A DNA stretch of 58,797 nucleotides, the filler included, from Basidiobolus ranarum (lineage: Eukaryota): NCBI GenBank assembly GCA_040143965.1. It is 8 parts of 8 records of this genome, joined end to end, with 100 filler letters (N's around TTAATTAATTAA, not from the genome) between each part and the next. Parts side by side here need not be neighbours in the genome. Positions count along the whole stretch, not along the records: positions 44,191 to 51,444 come from JASJQH010008029.1; positions 51,545 to 58,797 come from JASJQH010008030.1; 6 more parts are not named here. One strand, given 5' to 3'. The notes beneath the pieces were generated by a model. That model saw only the letters and a program-made list of their open reading frames with translations. It was not told where the DNA came from and made no database searches. The position numbers and the translations under genes were made by a program. The stretch's first letter is position 1, and the number at the start of each line of letters is the position of its first letter. Shown here piece after piece: positions 47,813 to 58,797 of the stretch.

Positions 47813-49846
47813 TCATTTCTGTGGAAATGTCTGATTAATGATGGATGTAAGCGGCCCAGACAAGTCAAGTATGAACAGCAAAATGGCCGCTTCACGTAAG
47901 GCTTCAAGTAGAATTATTTCACTATTTTTTTGCCGCCATTGCGTTGCTGCTTTGAAGGCCATATCAAGAATTTGTTGTTGGCAGTGCTGTGCGGCTATAT
48001 GATTTCTTTTGTGTATAGCTTCTGCACATGCCAACATCAGGTTAGCCACCAAAGCACATCCTCTCTCTGACATTTTGGATGCTATACGAGCATAGATATC
48101 TTGCCTTTCCAGACTCTTTGAGTTGAGTTCACCCTTTGTAAGTAGGCTTATACATCTATCTCTAGCTGTCTCAGTCATCCCCATAGTAGCTTCTCGGTCT
48201 ATTAGTGCTACAGCCCCCAAGACCCTGTGTCGTGCTGATGATATGGACCAGATAATGACGCCACCAAGCATTGCTCGGCCCGCAGAGCCTACCTTCAGGA
48301 GCTTAAGTACATGTTCACCAGTACTATCCTGGACACATGGGATTGATACTGGGCTTCCCTGCATGCAGACACTGTTCATTATCTCACCTTCAATCACGTC
48401 GGATACGAAATCCAACAAGTCGTGTACATAGGCCAAACTGCCACTCAAATCAGCCAACTCATCAACTGTGGCGCATACTTCTTTGTCCAATGCCACCACC
48501 CAGTAAGGCACCGTCCCAAAATCCCAAGCGCGTATCCTTCGTGCTTCTTCCGATCTGAGACATCCGGATTCTCTAATGATAGCCGCAACTCCTCTGGTCT
48601 TTGTAAAGGCCGGACCGGCGCCCATAATCATAGCAGTGCTACACATTGTCTGCCAGCATAATGCTCCTCGTGGTCCTAGGGATAGCAGTTGTCTGCCACC
48701 TATACTCACTCCTTGAATGCATTCATTAGCAACTTGCGGTGTGTAATAGACTGAATTCATTCCGTAATCAAGCAAGACTTCTATTGCTGCAGCACGGCAT
48801 AGGGCTTCCAATATTAAGCTGTTCGATGCAGTCGCAGTCATCAAAATTGCCGTGAGCGTGGTGCATTGGACTAGATTAACGTTTGCCTTCTCATTTGTTA
48901 TGGCAGCTACTTCGGCCATGTCGTTATCATTGGTGGCAACTGCTTGCTGTTTTCCTTTTGGGCCCTCTCCCAGTCGTTGCATTATACCCTCACAGAGTTT
49001 GGTCACGTCGTCTTCTTTTTTACCAGTAAGAGGAGATAAAACACTGACAACACTGCGTAACTGCCCTGCACCATAAATAACATCTCTATCACTTCCAGGT
49101 TGTCCAATTATGCAATCAAACTGACTTTCCAGTAGCCTTGACACCTCCAAGTCGATATCATAATGCTTTTGCTGTGTTGCTTCCAGAAGATGCGTAAGGC
49201 TACGGTACCGTTGAATTAGTTCCTCAATCTCGGGTTTAGCAGTGCTTAGTCTTTGCAATGTCTCTTGTAGTAGCTTACCACGGTTTCCAGTTATAGAACT
49301 TTCGTGCTCTGCATTTTTTACAGCCTCCAATATTGCGTGCTCCACTATTGGCCTTATTGTATCACTAGGCAAGAGTTCTTTCTCCACACACGAAGCAGAG
49401 TCGAAATCGATGTTTGTGCGCATTCTCAGGTCAAATTCACCCGCAAAACTATCAACAGTCTGCTCGGATGCCAATATCACAGGATAAGGCAAGCAAACTT
49501 TGTTTTCATTGCTTTCTGTCTTCATAGCCTCTGGTTGATTATACAAAGGAGTATTGGCTATTAACCATAGCCTTTGCTTGCTTTTATTACTAAATACAAT
49601 CTTTAGTGCTTCCACCGACACGCCCTTGATGTTCTTCTTGAGATACTTTTTGGAATTATTGCTCTCTTGGCAGCCTTGAGGATCGGCCTTATCCGCAGAT
49701 ACAAATAGCTCGTAGTTACTCCACCAGAAGTCAATAATCTCAACTGGATTCTCTCCGTTATAGTCCACCCTATTTCGCTTTGTCATGCAGTTGTTGGTTA
49801 GGAGTGGATTCTGCAAGCGGTCGATTACGTTAGCTGATCTCTTCAT
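47813..49846 (-). CDS. 677-aa intronless protein; putative non-canonical class I terpene cyclase with N-terminal extension
   Basis: The long ORF itself is secure. The function is inferred from ordered motifs E356-VLL-D360, R425-ESG, H475-DLLDFVSD-VIEGEIMN491 (NSE/DTE-like) and W533-SISSA-RH540 (WxxxxxRY-like). Confidence 0.6.
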   Translation of the reverse strand: MKRSANVIDRLQNPLLTNNCMTKRNRVDYNGENPVEIIDFWWSNYELFVSADKADPQGCQESNNSKKYLKKNIKGVSVEALKIVFSNKSKQRLWLIANTPLYNQPEAMKTESNENKVCLPYPVILASEQTVDSFAGEFDLRMRTNIDFDSASCVEKELLPSDTIRPIVEHAILEAVKNAEHESSITGNRGKLLQETLQRLSTAKPEIEELIQRYRSLTHLLEATQQKHYDIDLEVSRLLESQFDCIIGQPGSDRDVIYGAGQLRSVVSVLSPLTGKKEDDVTKLCEGIMQRLGEGPKGKQQAVATNDNDMAEVAAITNEKANVNLVQCTTLTAILMTATASNSLILEALCRAAAIEVLLDYGMNSVYYTPQVANECIQGVSIGGRQLLSLGPRGALCWQTMCSTAMIMGAGPAFTKTRGVAAIIRESGCLRSEEARRIRAWDFGTVPYWVVALDKEVCATVDELADLSGSLAYVHDLLDFVSDVIEGEIMNSVCMQGSPVSIPCVQDSTGEHVLKLLKVGSAGRAMLGGVIIWSISSARHRVLGAVALIDREATMGMTETARDRCISLLTKGELNSKSLERQDIYARIASKMSERGCALVANLMLACAEAIHKRNHIAAQHCQQQILDMAFKAATQWRQKNSEIILLEALREAAILLFILDLSGPLTSIINQTFPQK

Positions 49847-51444
49847 CTGGAGGTGTGTGCAGAGGTATAAAGAAAAATTTACGTTTAACTGACTTGCAAA
49901 TGTATATAGGCTTTTATATCAAAACTCAAGAACTTTGTGTACATAATGCACTAAATTCTTGTACATTATGACACAGCTGGTGCTATTGTCTGCAATTTAT
50001 GGGGCTAAATGTTTCTACGTAACAGGTACATGCTTGGTTCAGCTCCCTATCTTGCGTATGTATTGTTATAAAGACTGGATTTTGGATTTCCAATCAAAGG
50101 GGGAAATACTATGTGTTATGCACTCCTGAGCTTTCAGGATCTCCAATAGCACGATGTGGTACATTTCCCTTTTTGTGGTTTATTCTTTCCCAAACGCTAA
50201 CATTTTCTTACCTGCTGCGTAATGGCATAAGTGCATTGCTTGCTGTCACAAACTCAACCATCTGACAATAGTGATACCTTCCTATGCTCAATGGTATTGC
50301 AGCAATCCAAAATAAAAATAAAAAACCCTGACTGGTCTGAATCGCCTAACTCACCGTCAATCAAACCACTTACTGACTTGAATAATTTAACTTACCACAG
50401 AGATAATTGTGTGGTCCGATTACCACTGTGGTTTACTCTGCCACTTAAATCATGCTGCTCTTTTGGTAGGAGTGCAGAATCATAGCGATTTGATTGGTTA
50501 AAATCGCTTCAGTATTACGATATTTCCCGTAAGGTTAGGGGGGATGAAATCTTATGGGGGTGAAAAGCACCAAGTGATGTGGACTTTATCAAGCTTATGT
50601 ACTAATCCAAACAACGGTTGGGGGGAGACAGTCACCAATAGTTGAAATCTTTATTTCAAACAAAACAAAGAAGCCATAACTACTTTTGTAGTTTCTTCAT
50701 TAAACGGTTAAGTTTGGAAGTATTGAATCAAATGTTGCAAATGAGAAAAGTTAAGTTTGTAGAGTCTAAGACACTATTGAGTGGCCTGGGAGGGAATAAC
50801 AAAGGTAAAAATGGTTTCTCAACAATAGAAATTAGTGGAATAAGACTAGGATTAGCATAAAGCATACAGGGAGTGTGTTTCTGAAAATATTGCTGCCAAT
50901 GATCCACCAAGTATTCCTTGCAGGCAAGGGAGAACTTTTTGGCTTGTTCTATAAACAAAGCAAATTTTCTGACTTCAAGATCTCCTGGCAGTACTCTCTA
51001 CAATACTAGATCATATCCATACTTAACCTGATGACCAATATAATCAAGCTCAGAGGACATAAATATAGTGTTAAGGGGCAAAGGTGGTATGCAGAATGGA
51101 AGGTACTCAGTACAAACCAGATGGACAATAGGACAAAAACCTGGAATAATGGGAATTAAGAAAGGTGTCTTGGAGGCAAGGTATTGCTTCCAAAGGTCTA
51201 GCCGGAAGTCTATAGAACAATTTTAGGCTGTTTTGTTTCATGCAGCTGTAAAGCTAACTCAGAAACCAGAGGATTATCTTGTATCAATTTCCAGCTTGAT
51301 AGTGCATTTGAAGATGGTGTGGCTAGCCACTTCTTAATCAGTGGATTTCTTCAGTCACTTAGTTGGATTAGAAATCTTGCCCCAAGTAAAACTACTTTAA
51401 TACAATATGGGAAGAATCCAAAAGTTCCATTCAGAGCATGATCA

Positions 51445-51544
51445 NNNNNNNNNNNNNNNNNNNNNNNNNNNNNNNNNNNNNNNNNNNNTTAATTAATTAA
51501 NNNNNNNNNNNNNNNNNNNNNNNNNNNNNNNNNNNNNNNNNNNN
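51445..51544. other. Artificial contig linker
   Basis: N-TTAATTAATTAA-N spacer. Confidence 0.99.
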
Positions 51545-52847
51545 CAAATTTCTACGAGAGGGATTCGTGGCTACATATAGTGAGCATAGTTATTCTGGAT
51601 GCTACGTATTTAGGTTTGCAAATGAGTGGTCAAATGAGAAAGGGTTTCATGAAGCATTGTGGTCAGTATCGACAAAGATCGTATAAAGGTCTAAGCTTAG
51701 TTAGGTTCTTGAGATCCTTGTCTACCTCTTGGAGATACAAATGTTTGAGACATGCAGGTATGGTTTTCGTCTTCCAGATGATCATAAGGTACAAAAGCGA
51801 AGAGTACAGAGTTGATGTGATTTGAGCAGCTAGCTCTATTCCCTAATGGTTGGTAGAGCATGAGGTTTGCCACCTGACAAATGTTGGGATTTTAAGAGGA
51901 ACTATGCATCCTGAGCACCCAAAGTATGATCAATTCCCTTAGATATCTAGGAAGTAACCGGACAACTCGCCTATATTGGCTTCAAGTAAAAAGGCACTAT
52001 GCAGCATGGTGTTTGATCTTGCACTCTACCCATTTTTCCCATTCTTCATTTTCCCAACAGATCAATATTACCCCGCCTGCTGTGCATAGGAGTGTCAATC
52101 GAGTAGTTTATCATTTTCATGATGCAATCAATAAGAGTCACAATCGCTTGTTTTGATTTGTGTGGTAAATGAAGTGAACAAATTCAAATACGATTTTCTG
52201 CGGAAGCCAACCAACCTTCATTATTCACTTGACTGATACTTGATGTGACCATTTAATAACCGCCGAGGAACTTACAGGGTATAATTGTAAGGGTGCCGTT
52301 TCTACCATGGGATTTCTCCGCGTGGATAAGCAGATTTCACCTCATAATCGAGTTTCTTATATCCCATGTAACAATAATGTTGCAAAATCCCCAGTGAACA
52401 ATCGTATGCTTTCATTATTCTTTTTCACTTGAAAATATTCCCTTCCGTCGTATGACAATGATTTCATCCTGGTTGAGACAACCTGTTATTCTATGGTGCT
52501 ACCTATATAATGAAGGGATCGTCGTAGCTGCCATTTGGTGAGTCAGCTTTTCTTGTGTGTTCAGCTCCCCAACTCAAGAGTTTCCCACACTCCTGGCTAT
52601 TGCCTGGTCCATAGTTCATACTTATAAATACACGTATCCGTAAAACTCGAATAGCTAAAGATTGTAAATATATTCGTTCTAATATATATCACGAGAGTTA
52701 AAACCTCATCCCTCTCTATTCGCGTGAATTATCGCTCTCGCAGCTTGCTCCACAGGAGTCAGTCTTATCGGTAGAAGAGTCAGATCCCCGCCAAGCATTT
52801 TGCTTTTTTGAACACTTCTCAAGTATTTTAACGAGTGAGACGATTTC

Positions 52848-53633
52848 ATGATTGAATCTAATAATATAGTCTCCACAACACATAATGTATTGGGGAAGTA
52901 CTTTCGTAACGGTACCCTGAAAGAAGAGGTCACGATAGAGAGTGCAAGTGAGAAGCTTAAACATGAAGATAAGCCCTCGACAAAGCCTAGAACGAAGCCT
53001 TCGGGCCCACTCGCTCACAATTCCCAGCACACTGCTGGTACCGAGTCGCCCACCAGAGATTTAGATGGACAACTAAGACTTCATTTGATCAACATTTTGA
53101 GTAGAACTATTAATCACCTCTTCGAATGTGGTGATAATTCGCTAGTGGCCTCCAATAATCCTCTAAAATATCTGCCCAGGCTAGATGATTTCATCGGTAG
53201 ACTTTATAGACGGGGTAATCTTACTCTGGTTAATCTTCTCACTGCGCTACTTTATCTAATTCGGTTAAAAGAACTTCGACCAACTTGCAAAGGTAGTTAC
53301 GGCTCAGGGCATCGGCTATTCCTGGCATCACTAATACTGGCCAATAAATATCTACAAGATGGAGCTTACCACAACAAGACTTGGTACAAAGTGATAGAAG
53401 GGGTGTATTCCCTTCACGAGATCAACCAGATGGAGCGTGAGTTACTTGGCCTGTTGAATTATGAACTATGTGTTACCAAAGCTGATTGGTTAGAGTTTAC
53501 TGAAATTATGGATGGAAAGGTGACAAGGAGTTGGGCCCGACGTGGTATTGAGCTTGATCCAGGTTTCTTGACAGAGAAAGTTACATACAGGATTGATGAT
53601 CCGATGGGAAATCTACTGGAAACCAAGGAGTAG
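52848..53633 (+). CDS. Pho85-type (Pcl family) cyclin
   Basis: Cyclin box: LPRLDDFIGRLY...LLTALLYLIRLK...HRLFLASLILANKYLQDGAYHNKTW...EINQMERELLGLLNYEL. Confidence 0.9.
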   Translation: MIESNNIVSTTHNVLGKYFRNGTLKEEVTIESASEKLKHEDKPSTKPRTKPSGPLAHNSQHTAGTESPTRDLDGQLRLHLINILSRTINHLFECGDNSLVASNNPLKYLPRLDDFIGRLYRRGNLTLVNLLTALLYLIRLKELRPTCKGSYGSGHRLFLASLILANKYLQDGAYHNKTWYKVIEGVYSLHEINQMERELLGLLNYELCVTKADWLEFTEIMDGKVTRSWARRGIELDPGFLTEKVTYRIDDPMGNLLETKE

Positions 53634-54882
53634 TGGTCGGATTTTACGTATACTTTGAATTGCCTGATTACTCTACTGGTACAATATAGAGGCCCATAGA
53701 ACTATCACAATAAGTAGGTATTGGATGTAGTATTCACTTCTGTTTACATTTCAACCTCATATCAGCTATCAACATATGACTTACTAAAGGAACACATACC
53801 TTGAATAACGATAGATCGCCTTCGTTTGAAGGGCGAACACTCCATAGGGGAATTGGACCTTCCACATATATTTTCCGTTTCCAGTATAACTGTATAATTG
53901 TACAAAAACGCCCATTCGCGCATAGATCACTAATCCATCATTGCCATTCATTCTGTAAAATAAAGTTATTTTAAAGTGATTCTGATCTTCAACCACACTA
54001 TACCATATGCCGTGCTTCAGCCAATAGCAGTATATCATTTGTTTAGAGATTATCTAGCATTCTGAAATGAGCCTTCCAAGAGACTGACTCCCCATTGACT
54101 TTATTTAGGCGGCCCATTTGATTCACACCTTTAATGCTTTCTATACAGTACAGAGCTTGGAAGAGATATATATATATATACTTCTTGTTCAGAGAAGTTA
54201 GTGTATATACCCTTTTCATATTCGGTGCAAGTACTTGAAGCCTATCTACCTACCTATATGAGACATTGGATGATTTGACTACATTCTCTCTCAATGAGAC
54301 CATGCTGACTTCGCCTGATATTCTTCTTGCTGTTGGGCACAATGTTTCATATTAGTGATTAGAAAGAAATCACATGGCCCACGTGTATTCTTGTATCGTC
54401 ATTGGAGCTATCTAATATTAGCATCAGAATGGTAGGCACACTCACGTTATCATAGTCAAAATATCAAAGAATGACAACTCCGACAATGAACCCTGCAAGT
54501 CTCTATTACACAAGAGTCGACATCATCTGAGTTGGGGCTACTATGAAATGGAGTGAACATGAACATGTTGAGAAATATATAGTCTCAGAATAAATTCAAG
54601 TGATGTTGTTTTGCTTAGATCTCCACGTAGTACTAAGCATATCTGATTTATTCACTCACTTGAAAGCTTGATATGCATTAGACATATTGTTTGTTGGGAT
54701 GGCAAAAATGTATAGTGTTTATTGTGCGAGAACCGAACTAAGTTGAACTTATACCCACTCATAGTATACAAATATAATTCAAGATAACCATCATTCTGTG
54801 CTTGATTTTGAAGTGAAGCCTTAAAAATGGGAAACATTTCAAACAACTTGAAGATATCTTGCAGAATAACCGTAGGTGAACG

Positions 54883-55920
54883 TCATAACATTTCATTCCA
54901 AAACAAACAGCTAATCCAAATCCAAGCCCAAACCCAATTAAGGGAGACGGTGGGTGCGCTGAAAGAAATTTTCGGGGAACTGTTTTGTAATGGATCTCCA
55001 CTTGATAAGCTGGTATGCTGTGATATGAAATCCATGTAAGGGTACACATGTGTGTAGATTCCAAGTGTCCCTTGGCCACCACAAGTAAGCTTCGTACTGC
55101 TATTCCAACTTGCCGCATAGCTCGTGATGCCAACCAACTCATTTGGGTAGCCCATACTGACAAGAGGGCCACCTGAATCGCCATAACATGTGTCACTATC
55201 AGTAGATTCGGCGCATATTTGTAATCCATTATTATCTTGGTAATTTTCAAGATGGTTGCGACATTTTTCAACTCTTTTGGAGGAGTTGATTTTGGCTTCC
55301 TTCAGATATGTACTTTCTTTACCCTCTTCTGTTTCCCCCCAACCCAAGGCTATAAAGTCCTCGTCGACTTTAATCCTCTCTTGACTGATCTTGATCGAAT
55401 TTACTTGTGGATTGAATATCATCTTCGTCGATACCTTAAGCAGGGCTATGTCATTCTATATCAAAGAGGAAGGGTAGAGGTAAAGTGAAAGTTGATGTTA
55501 ACTTGATATTCTTCAATAAGTCAGGTCCTCCAATAACAAATCACATTCCCATAAGCTTACTTTCAAGAGAACATTGTCAAACTCAGGATGGATCACGAAG
55601 TAGCTCACGCTTAAAGGAAATAGAGCTGTGTTTGCTCTATTTCCAATGACCACTTTTATATCCTTAGATTCGTAGGTTGCTGAAAGAGATTGCTCTTGTT
55701 GAAATAGACAATGACCAGCGGTTAGTATCCAATTTTCATCGATTATACTTCCACCGCAAGTGGGATTATCTTTGATAAACAGGTGACAGATAAACGGGAA
55801 CTCCTCAATTCTTTTCACTTCTTTACCACCGATCACAAATGAGTAATTCACGATGGTTCTACCGCTCGTATTAATTGACCAGCCCAAAAACGTCAACCAT
55901 TGAATAAACAATCCTCTCAT
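54883..55920 (-). CDS. Secreted trypsin-like (S1A) serine protease with hydrophobic C-terminal tail
   Basis: Signal peptide, VIGG mature start, CGGSII...LTAGHC, intron 55560-55456, NDIALL and DTCYGDSGGPL give a complete His-Asp-Ser triad. Confidence 0.93.
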
Positions 55921-56557
55921 CTGTGTGATCTTGGTACCTAGAGGAAATGAAAAATCCGGTTACTCTTTGTGGTTGATGCTTTTATACTATTCTTCTTTGG
56001 GTGCATTGGTCAATGACCTATGAATGTTTATCCTTCGTGTTTAAACTTGAACCGAGAAGATGACTTCATCTCATTGTTTTCTAAGGATCAGAAAACGAAT
56101 GATTCGACTTGATGAACATATAAGCTTCCGAGCCTAACCTAGCTTAGTCAGAGGCTATAGGAAGGTTGAAGTCAATCACAAGTCTGGAAAGTCGGCGCCC
56201 TGATATAACCTTAGATTCCATATATGATTGTAAATCTTCAATCTCGAGATGAAATTCTTAGGGCTCTCGAGTATTCAATATGTCAGTGGTTGCTTGACAA
56301 TATCCAGTGCTACAATAATCTTAGTGCCGCTTGGATGTGCATAGAATATGAAACTTAAAGAATTGCTTTTAATTAACCTCAAACATATCAATACATCCAA
56401 GTCATTTACAAATTATACGCTGAACATCATATCCATCTGAATGTACCCATCTTATTAACAAAAGGTGATTTACTGTGAAACTTCATCAGGGGAAAATGAA
56501 AGATGACTAGTAAACACTTGTATATTGTAGAATTTTAACTTCCAACATCTAATTGCT

Positions 56558-58160
56558 TCATATGACTTTCACTTCCGGATATCTGTCGATATCCTCCAGG
56601 TCACCATCACATACGTGATTTGAAGCATCCAGCTGATGTACGAAATCCTCAAACTCTTCGTTCACTTGACCAACTTTCGGTAAATTTTCGGGACACGAGT
56701 CTTCTCGGAATAGATGGATGTACGTGTCTGTTCCGTACCCTTCCATGGACAACACAGACAAATCTCCTCCGAAATCTAGGTTTGAAAAGAGGGTCAATAA
56801 CTATAAAACTATCCAATAGACTCGTCAAACTTACATCTAGCAGTGAGTCTAGCAAATGGCAGGCCATGTCCGAAACCATACAATGGTAACTCCATGTAGT
56901 GGGAGATATCTTCCTTCAGTTGAACATCTGGGCAGGTGTGTGAGAAAGAGTGCACATAACTCCATATTCTAGGCATCTCTGAGGTAGGTATACCTCCACC
57001 TTGATCCGAGACTTTGAATGTAACATCCTCATCACCATCCGCCATGATCAACTTCACTGGAGGTAATTTTTCATTTCTTTTATGGTGAAACTCATAGGTG
57101 GCGCGTAGTGAGTTCTTCAAGACTTCAAAAATGGTTCGATGTAGATTTTCTTGCACATGCAGTGTGTGAACATTCTTCTTTCTTGACCATATCTTGATCT
57201 CAGGTGCCTCGTGGCCGTAATGCTTTTTAAATATATATTTGGCGTCTTGTGCTGCTTTCTCTGCCACGGCAAGTGGGGATACTCTCTGAACCAAATTATG
57301 GCCTTCATCGTGCAGACTTAGATGTTCACCTAGACATGGATTGAATGGATCAACAATTAGCGAGAATTCTTCCGTGTGGTGAACATGATCCATAGCTTAC
57401 CTATTAAAAGTCTAGTACTTAGGTTCATCGTATAAAACTTATCAAAGAAATTCTGAAACTCTTCGCCACAAAAGTCGGTGGATTTTTTCCCAGTTATATC
57501 CAGCAATTCCTTAAAGCCTTGTCCGACCGAGAGAATGTTATTTCTATGTCGTTGTAGTAGTATTCTAAGGCTAGCGGTGAATTCCTCTTCTTGGGTGACA
57601 GTGTCGGGTCTTTGCATTTGGGTCAGTACGCTGGAATAATGTGGATGAAAAAGGTTATTTTTATCACTTTGACAACCAGAGAGATGGTAAGTTTACCTAA
57701 TATCTTCCAAGATTCGATTAGTTATCCTTCGAAAAGAGGGCAACGATCCCATTCCACAAGGAATTTCATCAGAATTGATCATTTTAACACTTTGACTTAA
57801 ACGTATCGGTAATTCAGCGTGTAGAAATTGTGCAGGAATCAACAACGCCTTTCTATCCTTACATTCCAATACATGTCTAATGATGAGCAAAAGAGAAATG
57901 AGACATTAGTGTATGTTTTGTGGAGTGACTTTCTCTCTTCAAATTGAATGTAAAAAAACTAACCTTCCAATTGTGAACATTTGCTTTAACTGTCGAATAA
58001 TACAGGGGATCAAATAATAGGATTTAGTTGAGATACACTTGAATATCAAATCTCAGCAGTGCGTGGTGAGTCGACTTACCGATAGCGGAGTGGCCTTGGT
58101 GCATGCCAACTTCAATATGATGTCCTTGGGCAGCGCTTTGAGACTTGGAGTAGGGATCAT
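56558..58160 (-). CDS. Mitochondrial pyruvate dehydrogenase/branched-chain ketoacid dehydrogenase kinase family protein, about 6 exons
   Basis: AQFLHAELPIRL, FFDKFYTMNLSTRLLIGEHL, N-box FEVLKNSLRAT, G1 SDQGGGIP, G2 GFGHGLPFARL and EGYGTDTYIHL. GT-AG introns join the ORF pieces. Confidence 0.92.
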
Positions 58161-58797
58161 GATGTCAATGAAATGAATAAGCGATACAGTTTAAGTGGTG
58201 AGGGTAGTTTATCCGGTTTATTTTGTTGAGCAATCCTGAGAATAGAGAAGGAAAGGAATTCCGTCGAATGTAGGTGTCACAAGTGAGAGAATGTGGTCGG
58301 AATCAAGAGAAGTCTGGCTTGTAGATGCAAGGCTAAAATTATCAGTCGATTGACGGAACACTTACTTTGCCATTCAAGAAGATGGAAAAGTTAAAGCTAG
58401 CAGATTGTTACTGAAAAGAAAATGGTGGTTCGGCTGGACTTTCCTATAAGAAGGATTATTTAGTTAGGTTAAGAGATTTCAAGGGAAAGAAGATGGGATA
58501 TGACCGACGTTTTGCATCACTTATATAGAATATCGGGTGCGCCGATCACCGAAGAACAATAGCCTATTTCATATGATTATCTTACCATTTAAAACACATC
58601 GCAAATCACAAACCAAGGATGCCAAAATCATCCCTTTGCATTCCAAGGGCAAGGTGAGGGCTATATTTACTCAGCTAGAATGCTATTCGGCGACGTCCCT
58701 GACAGGATTAGTCTAACAATTAAGAATAGTAAAATACCTGCCTGCTAATTTTAACCGAAAGTGATTTGAGCAAAGCAACCTTTGAAATGTACGGGTT

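Noticed and set aside
50600-51444. Possible third gene of the terpenoid cluster
   Set aside because: CpG-depleted and stop-ridden, so more likely a transposon remnant; I could not assign a family.

Overview
Eukaryotic, fungal genomic DNA with short GT-AG introns. The gene content (Num1/Mcp5-type PH protein, Pcl cyclin, YKT6, CDC4, trypsin, DM9 protein) fits an early-diverging fungus, possibly Basidiobolus-like; this is an inference, not a search result. The window is not one locus. It is eight separate ~7.25-7.28 kb contigs in decreasing size order, joined by artificial 100-nt linkers (44 N + TTAATTAATTAA + 44 N), so synteny is only meaningful within a contig. C1 (1-7278): two uncharacterised membrane-protein genes. 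C2 (7379-14652): Ser/Thr-rich secreted protein, DM9-repeat protein, a prolyl-tRNA synthetase pseudogene and an abutting Gypsy protease fragment. C3 (14753-22020): Num1/Mcp5-PH protein and YKT6. C4 (22121-29380): metallo-beta-lactamase-fold remnant, intronless NADPH-dependent FMN reductase, 5' end of a sugar/inositol porter. C5 (29481-36736): CpG-depleted decayed Copia elements and a ~60-bp tandem array. C6 (36837-44090): LTR-like repeats and head-to-head F-box/WD40 genes (CDC4 and beta-TrCP/FWD1-like). C7 (44191-51444): an intact 13-exon cytochrome P450 directly downstream of an intronless 677-aa ORF with non-canonical class I terpene-cyclase-like motifs. C8 (51545-58797): Pcl-type cyclin, trypsin-like protease, mitochondrial PDK/BCKDK kinase. 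The best candidate for an undescribed system is the C7 pair, a putative two-gene terpenoid cluster built on a divergent cyclase.
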